Source: Candidatus Woesearchaeota archaeon
GTDB lineage: Archaea > Nanobdellota > Nanobdellia > Woesearchaeales > JABGUJ01
Direction of reading: 5' to 3'
DNA length: 64,000 bases
NCBI GenBank assembly: GCA_018646625.1
Contig: JABGUJ010000002.1
Coordinates: 412,843 to 476,842 of the forward strand
The notes beneath the pieces are model-generated. The model saw only the letters and a list, made by a program, of their open reading frames with translations, was not told where the DNA came from and searched no databases. Positions 17,146 to 26,825 of the stretch are shown piece by piece. Position 1 is the first letter of the stretch. Every line of letters begins with the position of its first letter. The position numbers were made by a program, and so were the translations under genes.

Positions 17146-18765
17146 TTATTTAGACGCGCAAGCACCGTTTTGACATCCATCCTTACAGTATATTGTGTCA
17201 TGCTTCTTTTCACCATCTTCGCAGAAGTACTCATAAACATATTTACCAAATAAACATTCATCTTCTGATTTAACCCCATATTGCCAAACAAGTCCAGGTA
17301 TCGTTGGATTTTTTCCCCCGTCTATTTCGTTACACTGTGTTGAATTGAATACAACTTCATCCACTTCCTCTTTACTCTCGAGGGTGCAAGATTCAGAAGT
17401 TATGGTGAGATTAAAAGAAGGATCTATGTAATCTCTTAGAGAATAGTTCCAATAAGAAGTTTCTTCTTCAAGATTTATGTGTCTTAATATCAATTTAGAG
17501 GTCTCATTCTGGCTAATAAGATCAAGGATGTATAGATCCGAATTATCAGAAAGAAGCAAATCTTGAACATCGTTTAGTGGCGCCATTAGAGATCTGAAAG
17601 GTGACCAGACCCCGCCCTTATAGAAAGTTAGCAAGGATGGCTGTCCTTCTAAAAGAACAATGTTATCTTTACCGCTCGAGATAGGGGCCATAGGAAACAA
17701 GAGAATGTTTGGAAGAAGTTTTAATTCTTCACCTTCGCAACGTGCAAAAGATCCCAGAGCGTTCTCTAACAATACTTCAGGTTCTGACCAAGATACCCCA
17801 TCATCTGATGTAAAGTGGATTATCTCAGAAATCGTAGGGTGAAAATACTTCATTGAGATAACTACTAGTTTATTACTTGAAAAGTCCCAGAATATCTCTG
17901 GAGAGAAAAGAGTTTCAGATATTATTTCCGATAAGTTCCAGTTCACTAAGTCGCAGGATTTGGCAACAAATAAACTATCCATATCGATAAGATTAGGAGT
18001 TTTTTTTTCCCTGTAGAAAAGCAAATAGTAGCAGCCATAACTATCTTGAGTTAAATCTAAAAAAGAATCAGTTCTCTCATCGAAATTCAAGTATTTGGGG
18101 GCGGACCAATTTAATCCATCGGAGGACCTTACCGTATACCCCCCACCTTCATAGCTTCCGCCAAATGCCAAGAAATTGCCATCTTGATCAATCATACCCC
18201 CGCTGAGACGAGAGTCCTTGCTCAGGCTAATTGCAAAACTACTAAATGTATCATTGTTTTTATCGAGTATATGGATCATCTGCGTGATTGCCTCATCAGA
18301 ATAGGGGTAATTGAGAAAATAGATCTTTCCGTCTTTCTCTCCAAGAAAGTTTGCATAGGAGTTAACATAATTATTATCATAAGTATAAATTTGGTATGAT
18401 GTTCCGTTGTAAATGCAAGCACCAGATCTACAATCAATAGGACATCTATGTTTCACAGTCTTCCGAAGACCACCTTCGCAATAATGTTCATAAACATATT
18501 CTCCAGATGAATCACAAACGTCGTAGACTCTTGAGAATTCCAAGGTATCTTTCTTGTCTGCATGCGAGTGATCTTCGACTAAAGAAGGAATGTAATAATT
18601 TAGCTGATCGGGATCTCTACATGTTGTGAACTCCAAAGACTTCCAACAGCTATCTTCAGAATCTGCTAAATAAGGATCTCCATTTTCATCAATACATGTT
18701 TTTGAGAAAGCAACAGGCAGTGTGATTGTTAATATTATAATTGCGATTAATATTCTTAGTTTCAT
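17146..18765 (-). CDS. Secreted protein with Asp-box (BNR) repeats and Cys-rich terminal modules
   Basis: Signal peptide; SSDGLNW, SCDLVNW and SDDGVSW repeats; EYFC...C..GC..GAC-type modules at both ends. Confidence 0.7.
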   Translation of the reverse strand: MKLRILIAIIILTITLPVAFSKTCIDENGDPYLADSEDSCWKSLEFTTCRDPDQLNYYIPSLVEDHSHADKKDTLEFSRVYDVCDSSGEYVYEHYCEGGLRKTVKHRCPIDCRSGACIYNGTSYQIYTYDNNYVNSYANFLGEKDGKIYFLNYPYSDEAITQMIHILDKNNDTFSSFAISLSKDSRLSGGMIDQDGNFLAFGGSYEGGGYTVRSSDGLNWSAPKYLNFDERTDSFLDLTQDSYGCYYLLFYREKKTPNLIDMDSLFVAKSCDLVNWNLSEIISETLFSPEIFWDFSSNKLVVISMKYFHPTISEIIHFTSDDGVSWSEPEVLLENALGSFARCEGEELKLLPNILLFPMAPISSGKDNIVLLEGQPSLLTFYKGGVWSPFRSLMAPLNDVQDLLLSDNSDLYILDLISQNETSKLILRHINLEEETSYWNYSLRDYIDPSFNLTITSESCTLESKEEVDEVVFNSTQCNEIDGGKNPTIPGLVWQYGVKSEDECLFGKYVYEYFCEDGEKKHDTIYCKDGCQNGACASK

Positions 18766-19298
18766 TTTATCCCTACGATTATTTGTTTGCTTTCGATAGC
18801 ATAGTTTGGATCATGTGCAATGTCTATAAGTGAATCTCCTTGACCACCGTAGAATGTGACTGAACAGATGTTATTCTCACCTTTGTTTAAATTTGATAAT
18901 AAAGATGAAGATAAGATGATTTTAAAGTTCTTAGATTCTCCTTTCTCAATTAACTGCGGAACTCCCTCTATTGGCCAATTATCACTTTGGTTAATTATTT
19001 GAGATTTTTCGGCAAAGCTCGGGCAGTCCACCAAGGGATACCAGGTTCTTTTGCTGTGTTTATTGTACAAGTTTACCGATATGACGGTATCATCAACCCT
19101 GCTAGCAGTAACTTCTGAAGATAGATGCATGGTTATTGTTTCTGAATCCGTAGCAAGATCATCAACTTCGTCTACATCTATTTTTCTCTCAACATCTCCA
19201 AATATTCCAAAGATAAATTGCAAAGCAGCCAGCAGAAAAATCAGCCCCAGTATCAGTGTCACCAATGCACTAAAGCTTAGAACTCCGTTGTTATTCAT
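18762..19298 (-). CDS. Pilin-like protein (class III signal peptide-like)
   Basis: MNNNG/VLSFSALVTLILGLIFLLAAL start at ATG 19298; stop overlaps the downstream gene start. Confidence 0.55.
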   Translation of the reverse strand: MNNNGVLSFSALVTLILGLIFLLAALQFIFGIFGDVERKIDVDEVDDLATDSETITMHLSSEVTASRVDDTVISVNLYNKHSKRTWYPLVDCPSFAEKSQIINQSDNWPIEGVPQLIEKGESKNFKIILSSSLLSNLNKGENNICSVTFYGGQGDSLIDIAHDPNYAIESKQIIVGIK

Positions 19299-19405
19299 AA
19301 CACATATGCCAGTAATACGATTTATATAGTTTTTGATGAAAATCTCTCGAGAAATCTGGTCATTAACCAAAACATATAAAAACAGTTTATAAATTCGTGA
19401 CATTT

Positions 19406-19900
19406 ATGATAACAGCAACTAAATCAGAATATGTGACAGTGAAGAACTCGGGAGTGCATAACAAAGGAATCTTTGCAAAGAGAGATATTCCCGCAGAAAC
19501 AGAAGTTATAGAATATATTGGCGAGAGAATAACTAAGGCTCAGGCTAGAAAGATATTCGAAGGCACATTAGAAGCTTCTAAAAAGAATAGCAGTAACGGC
19601 TCAGTATACATATTTGAGTTGAACAAGAGATATGATATTGATGGTAATGTTTCTTACAATACAGCGCGTTATATTAATCATTCTTGTGAACCTAATTGTG
19701 AGCCAATCAATATTAGAGGACACATATGGATTGTTGCTACGAAAAATATTAAGAAAGGCGAAGAATTGTCTTATGATTATGGTTATTGCCTAGATGATTA
19801 TCATGAACATCCTTGCAGATGCGGTTCTACTAATTGTGTTGGTTATATTGTTTCTGAAGACCATCGGCTTGAGTTAATGAACCTGCTCAAAAAACGATAA
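19406..19900 (+). CDS. SET-domain protein-lysine methyltransferase
   Basis: GIFA, EYIGE, RYINHSCEPN, GEELSYDY and post-SET CRCGSTNC motifs. Confidence 0.92.
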   Translation: MITATKSEYVTVKNSGVHNKGIFAKRDIPAETEVIEYIGERITKAQARKIFEGTLEASKKNSSNGSVYIFELNKRYDIDGNVSYNTARYINHSCEPNCEPINIRGHIWIVATKNIKKGEELSYDYGYCLDDYHEHPCRCGSTNCVGYIVSEDHRLELMNLLKKR

Positions 19901-19932
19901 TTTTAAATATCAATCGATAATTAAAGTTATCG

Positions 19933-20472
19933 ATGGGCTTGAAAGATAAGATAAAAGAATATTTCTTTGTTAATCCTCGTTCTAAGTTGCGCGTTAGAGA
20001 GATTGAGAGAGAGCTTAAGATGCCTTTGCCTTCTGTTATTAGATATTGTAAAGAGTTGGAGGAAGAAAGATTGCTTTCTTTAGTTGAAATTGGCAAAGTT
20101 CGATTGTATACTGCTAGCAGAAGTTCAAAGTTCTTACTTGAGAAAAAGTTGTTTAATATTAAGTGTGTTTATGATTCTGATTTAATCTCGTATTTGAAAA
20201 AGGAGTTGAGTAATCCTGTCGTTATTTTATTCGGATCTTATTCTAGAGGTGAAGATGTAGAAGATAGTGATATTGATATTTATGTTGAGACTAGTTCGGA
20301 AAAAGTTTTATCTTTGAGCAAATTTTCGAAGTTTTTACGACGACAGATACAAATTCACCAATACAAAAATCTTAAAAAGATTAACAATCATCATTTAGCC
20401 AATAACATAATTAACGGAGTTGTGTTAAACAATTATGTCGAGGTTTTTGATGAGAGAAAGAAGTTGGGATGA
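19933..20472 (+). CDS. HTH + minimal nucleotidyltransferase (MNT antitoxin)
   Basis: LFGSYSRGED..DSDIDI motif. Confidence 0.85.
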   Translation: MGLKDKIKEYFFVNPRSKLRVREIERELKMPLPSVIRYCKELEEERLLSLVEIGKVRLYTASRSSKFLLEKKLFNIKCVYDSDLISYLKKELSNPVVILFGSYSRGEDVEDSDIDIYVETSSEKVLSLSKFSKFLRRQIQIHQYKNLKKINNHHLANNIINGVVLNNYVEVFDERKKLG

Positions 20473-20860
20473 TTGTTTATCAAGTTTTTCTGCAAGAAAA
20501 GTTAGTAAAGATATTTCTAGAGCAAGGTCGTTAGTTGAAACCGCCTCAGACAGAATTTCTTTGATTTCTGAAATTAATTCTAAGAACTGTAATTTTGTGT
20601 TTGAAGATTACTATACTTCAATAATCGAAGTGTTGCAAGCTAATGCTTTCCGTAATGGTTTTAATATCTTAAATCATATCTGTTTAGGTTATTATTTACG
20701 TGATTGTTTAGGTCGAGAAGATTTGTTTAATGTTTTTGATGATTTAAGGTATAAGAGAAACTCTTTGACTTACTATGGTAATCGCATGGAATTTGAAACT
20801 GCTAAGTTAGCAATTAAGAAGTGTAAAGTTGTTTTGAGGGAATTGAAGAAACAGAAGTAA
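20450..20860 (+). CDS. HEPN-domain protein (toxin partner of MNT)
   Basis: Overlaps the MNT gene; LRYKRNSLTYYG HEPN-type motif. Confidence 0.7.
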   Translation: MRERSWDDCLSSFSARKVSKDISRARSLVETASDRISLISEINSKNCNFVFEDYYTSIIEVLQANAFRNGFNILNHICLGYYLRDCLGREDLFNVFDDLRYKRNSLTYYGNRMEFETAKLAIKKCKVVLRELKKQK

Positions 20861-20862
20861 GA

Positions 20863-21252
20863 TTATTTTAGCAATTTATCTACCAGATCAGAAATCTTCA
20901 ATCTACCTTTGAATTCTATCTTCGCGTCCTTGCTTTCAGGATATCTAGCAGAGTTTGGATTCTCCCCAATACTAGGTAGCTCAACATGTAGATCAAATTC
21001 AAAAGAATTATGATGTGAAATCAGGTGTCTTTTTATCTCAATGTGAGTTAATTTCACCTTTGTATTAGCATCAATACCGCCACTTACAAATCCAAAAAAA
21101 GCGCTTACTGCACCTATGTATCCTGTAGGATTTCCTTTAAGGTGATATGTTTGACGTCCACCTACAGCAGGAACAATAATTGAAGAAGGATCCTCTAAAG
21201 TATATACAAACTTAACCAATTCTTCAAATTTAACTTCTTTGTGTTCGCTCAT
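20863..21252 (-). CDS. Hypothetical protein
   Basis: 129-aa ORF with an upstream TATA box. Confidence 0.55.
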   Translation of the reverse strand: MSEHKEVKFEELVKFVYTLEDPSSIIVPAVGGRQTYHLKGNPTGYIGAVSAFFGFVSGGIDANTKVKLTHIEIKRHLISHHNSFEFDLHVELPSIGENPNSARYPESKDAKIEFKGRLKISDLVDKLLK

Positions 21253-21315
21253 AAAGTAGTTGTGGATCCACGCATATATATAATTTTCCGTTTATTTAAG
21301 TTTACGAAAAAAGGT

Positions 21316-21801
21316 TTAGAAAATATCTAAATAATACTTCATCTGAGGTAAAAAGTTTTCAGGATGGGCTTCCAATTCTGTTTTCAAATCTTCTTTAGCC
21401 CACCATTTTATTTCTTCTACTTCGTCTTCTTGAATCTTGAAATAAGAAATGTCTTCATCTAAAACCATCGTGTACCATTGAGTGAAATGATGATATTTTT
21501 CTTTAGCCTCACGCTTAAGGCCAATTGCGGGATCTATGTTCTTCAATCCCAGTTCCTCTTCCGCTTCTTTTATTATATTCTCTTTGTAACTTTCGCCTTC
21601 ATCAACCGTGCCTGCGACTGCTGGCCCCCATCTTCTCGGATGATGAGATTTGTTTTTGTGTCTTCTTGCAAGAAGAATTTCTTTTTTTGAATTGGTTATC
21701 CATAACGCAGAAACTCGATAGATGTCTTCTTCGTTTAATGTACCTCTATCTTTATGACCTACTACGTTATCGTTTTTGTCTACAATTATTATTCTTTCCA
21801 T
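21316..21801 (-). CDS. Nudix hydrolase (IDI-like)
   Basis: AGTVDEGESYKENIIKEAEEELGL; probable start MERIIIVD at 21801. Confidence 0.8.
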   Translation of the reverse strand: MERIIIVDKNDNVVGHKDRGTLNEEDIYRVSALWITNSKKEILLARRHKNKSHHPRRWGPAVAGTVDEGESYKENIIKEAEEELGLKNIDPAIGLKREAKEKYHHFTQWYTMVLDEDISYFKIQEDEVEEIKWWAKEDLKTELEAHPENFLPQMKYYLDIF

Positions 21802-21806
21802 TTCTT

Positions 21807-22001
21807 TTATCCTTTTGTCTCTGTCTTGAATGCAACAAAAGCACATACCGCAATTAACACTACTGCACCCGCTAGAATGCCAAACAATGTGGCGTTGCCC
21901 GAATAGATTGCTCTCAAACATTTCACTGCAAGCACAAAAGTCGCTACGCTAAAGAATGCTGAAAACTTAAAGCGCCATAAGAATTCTAGATCCATATTCA
22001 T
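21807..22001 (-). CDS. Small two-TM membrane protein
   Basis: GGTGAT RBS and two hydrophobic stretches. Confidence 0.45.
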   Translation of the reverse strand: MNMDLEFLWRFKFSAFFSVATFVLAVKCLRAIYSGNATLFGILAGAVVLIAVCAFVAFKTETKG

Positions 22002-22034
22002 TTTGTTTCTATCACCCTTTTTAGTAATAAGAAA

Positions 22035-22109
22035 TGAGCCCGCCGTGATTTGAACACGGGACCTTACGATTATCAGTCGTACGCGCTAGCCAGGCTGCGC
22101 CACGGGCTC
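22035..22109 (-). tRNA. tRNA-Ile (GAT)
   Basis: Cloverleaf GAGCCCG...CGGGCTC-A; anticodon arm TACGA-CTGATAA-TCGTA; T-loop TTCAAAT; no encoded CCA. Confidence 0.95.
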
Positions 22110-22126
22110 GTTTTATTGGTAATGAA

Positions 22127-22199
22127 CGCCTCCGCTCAGATTTGAACTGAGGACCTTGCGGTTAACAGCCGCACGCTCCAACCACTAAGCTACGGAGGC
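22127..22199 (-). tRNA. tRNA-Asn (GTT)
   Basis: GCCTCCG...CGGAGGC-G; anticodon arm TGCGG-CTGTTAA-CCGCA; no encoded CCA. Confidence 0.95.
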
Positions 22200-22297
22200 A
22201 TGATGTTCAAAAATCTTGAGACCATTTAAATAGTTTTCGCCTATAAGAAAGTCAACGTAGAGCCTGTAGTCTTCGTAATTGTAGAGAACGTAACCGA

Positions 22298-22858
22298 TCA
22301 GTCAGATGTTCTATGTCTAGCATATTCAAGCGCTTTGACAATTAGTCTAAGAGTTTTGCTTTCTTTAGCTCTATGATTGTTTGATAAAACCAAGGCTGAA
22401 GCATCATCTTTTTCGTAGGGTAGTAAGACAGCAAGTTCTGTTTTTTCTAAGGGATTTGCAGAACTACCGTAATGTATCATAATACCATAACTGAAACGTC
22501 TCCCATCAACTTCAGGAGCTTCAAAAAGTGCAAGTTGAACAAATCTAAGTTCTTCAGGAACTTGTTTTGCAGGATCGTCTGTTAATACAGTCGTTGCTTT
22601 ATTAACATCATCTATACGCGCATCTAGATCTCTAAAATAAGGACCATTTCTACGCTCAGGATCTCTCACATCTAGACCAACTTCAACTTCATCAACAAGT
22701 GCTTGGATGTATCTTTCAGTAGATTCTCCACGTGACATACCATACGGTTTAGAAACTTCAGTTACATCTCTGAAAGGTTTGGCTAGATCTTCTATATCCG
22801 AAGGGTATAAACGAGATATTTGTACAAGTTTTGATATGCTCATCTTAATGATGCGCAA
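22298..22858 (-). CDS. Hypothetical protein
   Basis: 186-aa ORF with an upstream TATA box. Confidence 0.55.
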   Translation of the reverse strand: MRIIKMSISKLVQISRLYPSDIEDLAKPFRDVTEVSKPYGMSRGESTERYIQALVDEVEVGLDVRDPERRNGPYFRDLDARIDDVNKATTVLTDDPAKQVPEELRFVQLALFEAPEVDGRRFSYGIMIHYGSSANPLEKTELAVLLPYEKDDASALVLSNNHRAKESKTLRLIVKALEYARHRTSD

Positions 22859-22983
22859 AAGCTAATATATAAAGTTTGTTAAAAGCACCACCACCCAGTA
22901 GTCCCCAATTCTTGAGAATTCGCAGAGTATAGGCCACCATATGGTTGCAAAGCTTTAAAAACTTGAGAAGGCGAATATCAACT

Positions 22984-23601
22984 ATGATTCTGAATATTAT
23001 ACTAATCATCGCGATATTAATTCTAGTGTTTCTATTGTTTTGGAAATTTTATTTCTTAAGAAATCCGGATAGAATCACACCAGAAGGTAATAATGTTGTT
23101 AGTCCGGCAGATGGTAAGGTTGTTAGAGTATTAAAAATCAATAATGATAAGATTATAGAGAAAGGACTTTTAGGAAAAGTAAAGATTGTTTCTGAAGATG
23201 TTTTCAAAAAAGGTTATTTGATAGCGATAATGATGACTCCGTTAGATGTACATTATCAAAGAGTTCCTATAGATGGCGAAGTGATTAGAAAAAAGTACAA
23301 AAGCGGAAATTTTCATAATGTAGTGCGAGGAGCAAAGTCAATAAGAATTTTTGATAATGAAAGAAATGAAATTCTTATGAAAACAAAGATTGGCAGAGTT
23401 AAGGTTGTACAAATCGCAGGAGCGTTAGCGAGAAGAATTAGTGATTTTGTAAAGACTAACCAAAACATTAAAAAGGGCGAATTACTGGGTTTAATTAACC
23501 TAGGAAGTATGGTTTGTTTGTTATTACCAGAAAAAGTTAACTTGAGGGTGAAAGAGGATGAGAAAGTCAAAGCCGGCGAAACGATTATCGCGGAATATTA
23601 G
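22984..23601 (+). CDS. psd: Phosphatidylserine/archaetidylserine decarboxylase proenzyme
   Basis: VSPADG, DVHYQRVP, NERNE, QIAG and LGS self-cleavage motifs; N-terminal TM. Confidence 0.9.
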   Translation: MILNIILIIAILILVFLLFWKFYFLRNPDRITPEGNNVVSPADGKVVRVLKINNDKIIEKGLLGKVKIVSEDVFKKGYLIAIMMTPLDVHYQRVPIDGEVIRKKYKSGNFHNVVRGAKSIRIFDNERNEILMKTKIGRVKVVQIAGALARRISDFVKTNQNIKKGELLGLINLGSMVCLLLPEKVNLRVKEDEKVKAGETIIAEY

Positions 23602-24442
23602 GAAGGTTAAGCCAAAGATCAGGGCTCAAAAGAAAAATATTCCTACCGTTTTTACGTTAGCAAACTTAGCATTAGGATTCTTTGCAATTATATCAATCTT
23701 TAACGAGATGTATAATGTGGCGTCTTTACTCATACTAATTGGATTCATATTTGATATTTTAGATGGAATGATGGCGAGATACTTGTCAGTTGCATCGGAT
23801 TTCGGTGTAGAGCTGGACTCGTTGGCAGACGCAGTAACGTTTGTGTTGACACCGTCGTTATTAGTTTTCTTTTATTTCTTTCAAACAACAAGAATAGGAA
23901 TATTAGTTTCGTTATTTGTACTAGTTTGCGGAATATTAAGGTTGGCAAAGTTTAACACGATGAAGACTAAGGATCATTTTGTTGGTATGCCAACACCATT
24001 CTTTGCAGCAATCGTAATATCGTTTATTTTTCTTAAAATAACATTAACTGAACAGGTTGCGGCAATAGTATTCTTCATATTGGCGTATTTGATGGTTAGC
24101 CCAATACAATATCCTTCATTTAAACAAAAGAACATGAAGCTGTATAAGTATTTTGGAATAGGTATAATGGCTTTAATGGCAATAGCGTTCTTGTTGAAAC
24201 TAGATATATTCTATATAGCGATAGGAGAGAATTTATTACTATGGGTTGCAGTGATAATACCATTGTTCTTCAATAAGATGATAAAAGTTAAAACGTATTT
24301 GTTTGTATTTGCGTTTGGATTGGCTTTGGCCACTATAGCGTTCTATCATGATCCAAGATTCTTGATAGTATTACCATTTATTTACTCAATCGCGGCGGCG
24401 CCGTTGTTGATAATTGCATTCAATAAAAAGGTGAAGATGTAA
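23558..24442 (+). CDS. pssA: CDP-alcohol phosphatidyltransferase (PssA / archaetidylserine synthase type)
   Basis: DILDGMMAR...FGVELDSLADAVTF, LRLAKFN and FVGMP motifs. Confidence 0.88.
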   Translation: MRKSKPAKRLSRNIRKVKPKIRAQKKNIPTVFTLANLALGFFAIISIFNEMYNVASLLILIGFIFDILDGMMARYLSVASDFGVELDSLADAVTFVLTPSLLVFFYFFQTTRIGILVSLFVLVCGILRLAKFNTMKTKDHFVGMPTPFFAAIVISFIFLKITLTEQVAAIVFFILAYLMVSPIQYPSFKQKNMKLYKYFGIGIMALMAIAFLLKLDIFYIAIGENLLLWVAVIIPLFFNKMIKVKTYLFVFAFGLALATIAFYHDPRFLIVLPFIYSIAAAPLLIIAFNKKVKM

Positions 24443-24918
24443 TGATAGAGAAATTTTTGATAGATTTTTTTACAAATGAAGTGGTTGTGACTATGATTGC
24501 AGCCGTAGTTATTACTCAAGTTCTTAAAGTAATAATAGATTCAATAAGGAAAGGAAAATTAGCCTTAAATGAGATTTTTGCAACAGGAGGAATGCCTAGT
24601 TCGCATTCATCAGTTGTGGCCGCGTTAACTATATCGGTGTTTGCAGTTGAAGGCGTGTCAACATTATCAGTTGTAGTTTTAGCTTTTGCAGGTATTGTTA
24701 TTAGAGACGCAATGGGATTAAGGAATCAATCGGGATTACATGCTAAAGTGTTAAACAAGATCATAAGGGATCTAAAGCTGGGTAAAAAGTTAAAAGTTAC
24801 ACATCTTAATGAATTCTTAGGTCATACTCCTACTCAAGTATTGGCGGGAACAATATTAGGAATTATCATATCAATAACAGTACATGTATGGGGATTAAGA
24901 TGTGGTTGTTTCTTGTAA
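24442..24918 (+). CDS. Divergent PAP2 family protein (DUF212)
   Basis: GGMPSSHS, DAMGLR and LGHTP motifs. Confidence 0.88.
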   Translation: MIEKFLIDFFTNEVVVTMIAAVVITQVLKVIIDSIRKGKLALNEIFATGGMPSSHSSVVAALTISVFAVEGVSTLSVVVLAFAGIVIRDAMGLRNQSGLHAKVLNKIIRDLKLGKKLKVTHLNEFLGHTPTQVLAGTILGIIISITVHVWGLRCGCFL

Positions 24919-25445
24919 AAGCGATTTACTTGTTTATCCCTGCGGCACTGGCCAACATGATGCCGGTGGTTGTTAGAAAACATTTCAAATTCTTAGAAGT
25001 GTCTGTAGACTTTGGTGCAAAGTTTAGAGGAAAGAGAGTTTTTGGAGATCATAAAACTCTTAGAGGATTTGTATTCGGGATTCTAACGGCGATAATCATT
25101 GTCGGATTGCAAACATACCTGCACAGATTTGAGTTCTTTCAGAAAATAAGTTTCATTAACTACTCAGAGTATAACTTTTTACTTCTTGGATTCTTAATAG
25201 GATTTGGTGTTTTGTTTGGAGATGCTGTTGAAAGCTTCTTCAAGAGACAAAGAGGAATAGCGCCAGGTAAGTCATGGATGCCATGGGATCAATTAGATCT
25301 AGTTATTGGAGGAATAGCATTTATCTCTTTGTACTGGATGCCTCCGTGGGAGCTGATTGTGTTTACAATAATTGCTGCGCCGTTATTGCATATAGGCATT
25401 AATTTAGCAGGATATTATTTGGGTATAAAGAAGAATAAGCTTTAA
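24900..25445 (+). CDS. carS: CDP-archaeol synthase
   Basis: PAALANM, DFG, FGDHKTLRG and GDAVESFFKRQ...DQLD motifs. Confidence 0.88.
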   Translation: MWLFLVKAIYLFIPAALANMMPVVVRKHFKFLEVSVDFGAKFRGKRVFGDHKTLRGFVFGILTAIIIVGLQTYLHRFEFFQKISFINYSEYNFLLLGFLIGFGVLFGDAVESFFKRQRGIAPGKSWMPWDQLDLVIGGIAFISLYWMPPWELIVFTIIAAPLLHIGINLAGYYLGIKKNKL

Positions 25446-26218
25446 TCCAACATTTCTTTTATTTCTTTGAATGTTTCTAGATTTTTCGTTATTATTATGT
25501 TTGGCAGGACTCTTTCAAACTTATCAGGGTAAAAATCCGCACCATCAAATGTCTTGAGTACTAATCCAATCTCTTTTGCAATCAACAGACCTGCAATGTG
25601 GTCTTCAGATTCTGCTTCTGTAGATATTATAGAATCAATCTTTCCTTCTGCTAATAACTTGAAATCAACAGTAGGTGCCCAGTTAACAAATTGTCTTCGT
25701 ACTTTACTAGCAACTTTGTCCATAACCTTGTATTGATTATTAGAATTTGCGTATCCGGTGATGATCCCGACAGTTTGTTTATCAGTTAGTTTAGGACGAG
25801 AAGTTAGTTTAGTTTCATTATGAAATGCGCCTTTTCCGTTTATTGCATAGACTAAATCATCAAGCAAAGGATCGTAGATTACACCAAGAGTTAATATGTT
25901 GTTCTTGAATAAAGCAATAGACACGTTGAACATGGATATGCCCAAAGCGAAGTTGTTTGTGCCGTCAAGAGGATCTATGATCCACATGTTTTCTGAGCTG
26001 TTTTTAGAAAAACCGTCCTCTTCAGAATAGTAAGCATAGTCAGGGAATGATTCGTTAAGTGTTTTAATAATAACTTTATCTGCCTTTAGGTCTGCTTCAG
26101 ACACAATGTTTTGGTTGCCTTTGTCAGTGAACTGTAGAGCGGCATCTCTAAAGTGTTTTTTTAGAACTTCTCCCGCAGCTTTGCAAGCTTTGATCGCAAC
26201 GTCTAATTCTTCAACCAT
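25442..26218 (-). CDS. suhB: Inositol monophosphatase family protein
   Basis: SEE and WIIDPLDGTNNF motifs. Confidence 0.85.
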   Translation of the reverse strand: MVEELDVAIKACKAAGEVLKKHFRDAALQFTDKGNQNIVSEADLKADKVIIKTLNESFPDYAYYSEEDGFSKNSSENMWIIDPLDGTNNFALGISMFNVSIALFKNNILTLGVIYDPLLDDLVYAINGKGAFHNETKLTSRPKLTDKQTVGIITGYANSNNQYKVMDKVASKVRRQFVNWAPTVDFKLLAEGKIDSIISTEAESEDHIAGLLIAKEIGLVLKTFDGADFYPDKFERVLPNIIITKNLETFKEIKEMLD

Positions 26219-26257
26219 AAGAATAGATTAAGATATGAGTATAAAAGCTTTTCTTGC

Positions 26258-26746
26258 TTAAAGAAAGAACATAAGGATTACGCCGATTATGAAGTAAGGA
26301 ATGTAGTGCATAAGCGTTTTACCTATTACGTTTAGTTTTATTCCTTTGAAGCAAAGAGTGATCTTTTTTCTGTTTTTCATGAAAGGTTCAGAAAAAGTAG
26401 CAGCTGCCAACATTCCGAATAAGAAAATTAAAGATGCAGTTACAATTGTGGCTTGTACTTTGAATGATAAGAAGAATGCGAATGCCAATAAAATGTAGGT
26501 AACGAAATCTTTCTTTACTAAATATAGTGCAGCAGTTAATATGATTGTAAAAAGTGCAGTTAGCCATGCATGAAATCCATAAGCGTAAAGTAAAGTAGAA
26601 AATATTCCTAAAAGTAGCGCATATTTTAGTAGATCAAAGTAATATTTGTATGGTTTAATCTCTTCAGGGGAAATAAATGCCAAAATATTTCCAGCTAGTA
26701 GTCCCAGGTAAGAGATGATCAATGCCAATACATACTCGATATACAT
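26258..26746 (-). CDS. Hypothetical multi-pass membrane protein
   Basis: Several hydrophobic segments. Confidence 0.65.
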   Translation of the reverse strand: MYIEYVLALIISYLGLLAGNILAFISPEEIKPYKYYFDLLKYALLLGIFSTLLYAYGFHAWLTALFTIILTAALYLVKKDFVTYILLAFAFFLSFKVQATIVTASLIFLFGMLAAATFSEPFMKNRKKITLCFKGIKLNVIGKTLMHYIPYFIIGVILMFFL

Positions 26747-26825
26747 AAGGTATGGTGAGTTAAGAACGTTTATATACTTTTCTTTGATAGATTGATTTAT
26801 ATACTAATAATATGCAGTAAAAAGC

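Noticed and set aside
22035..22199. tRNAs as an integration site for an island
   Set aside because: No integrase and no duplicated tRNA 3' end seen in the window
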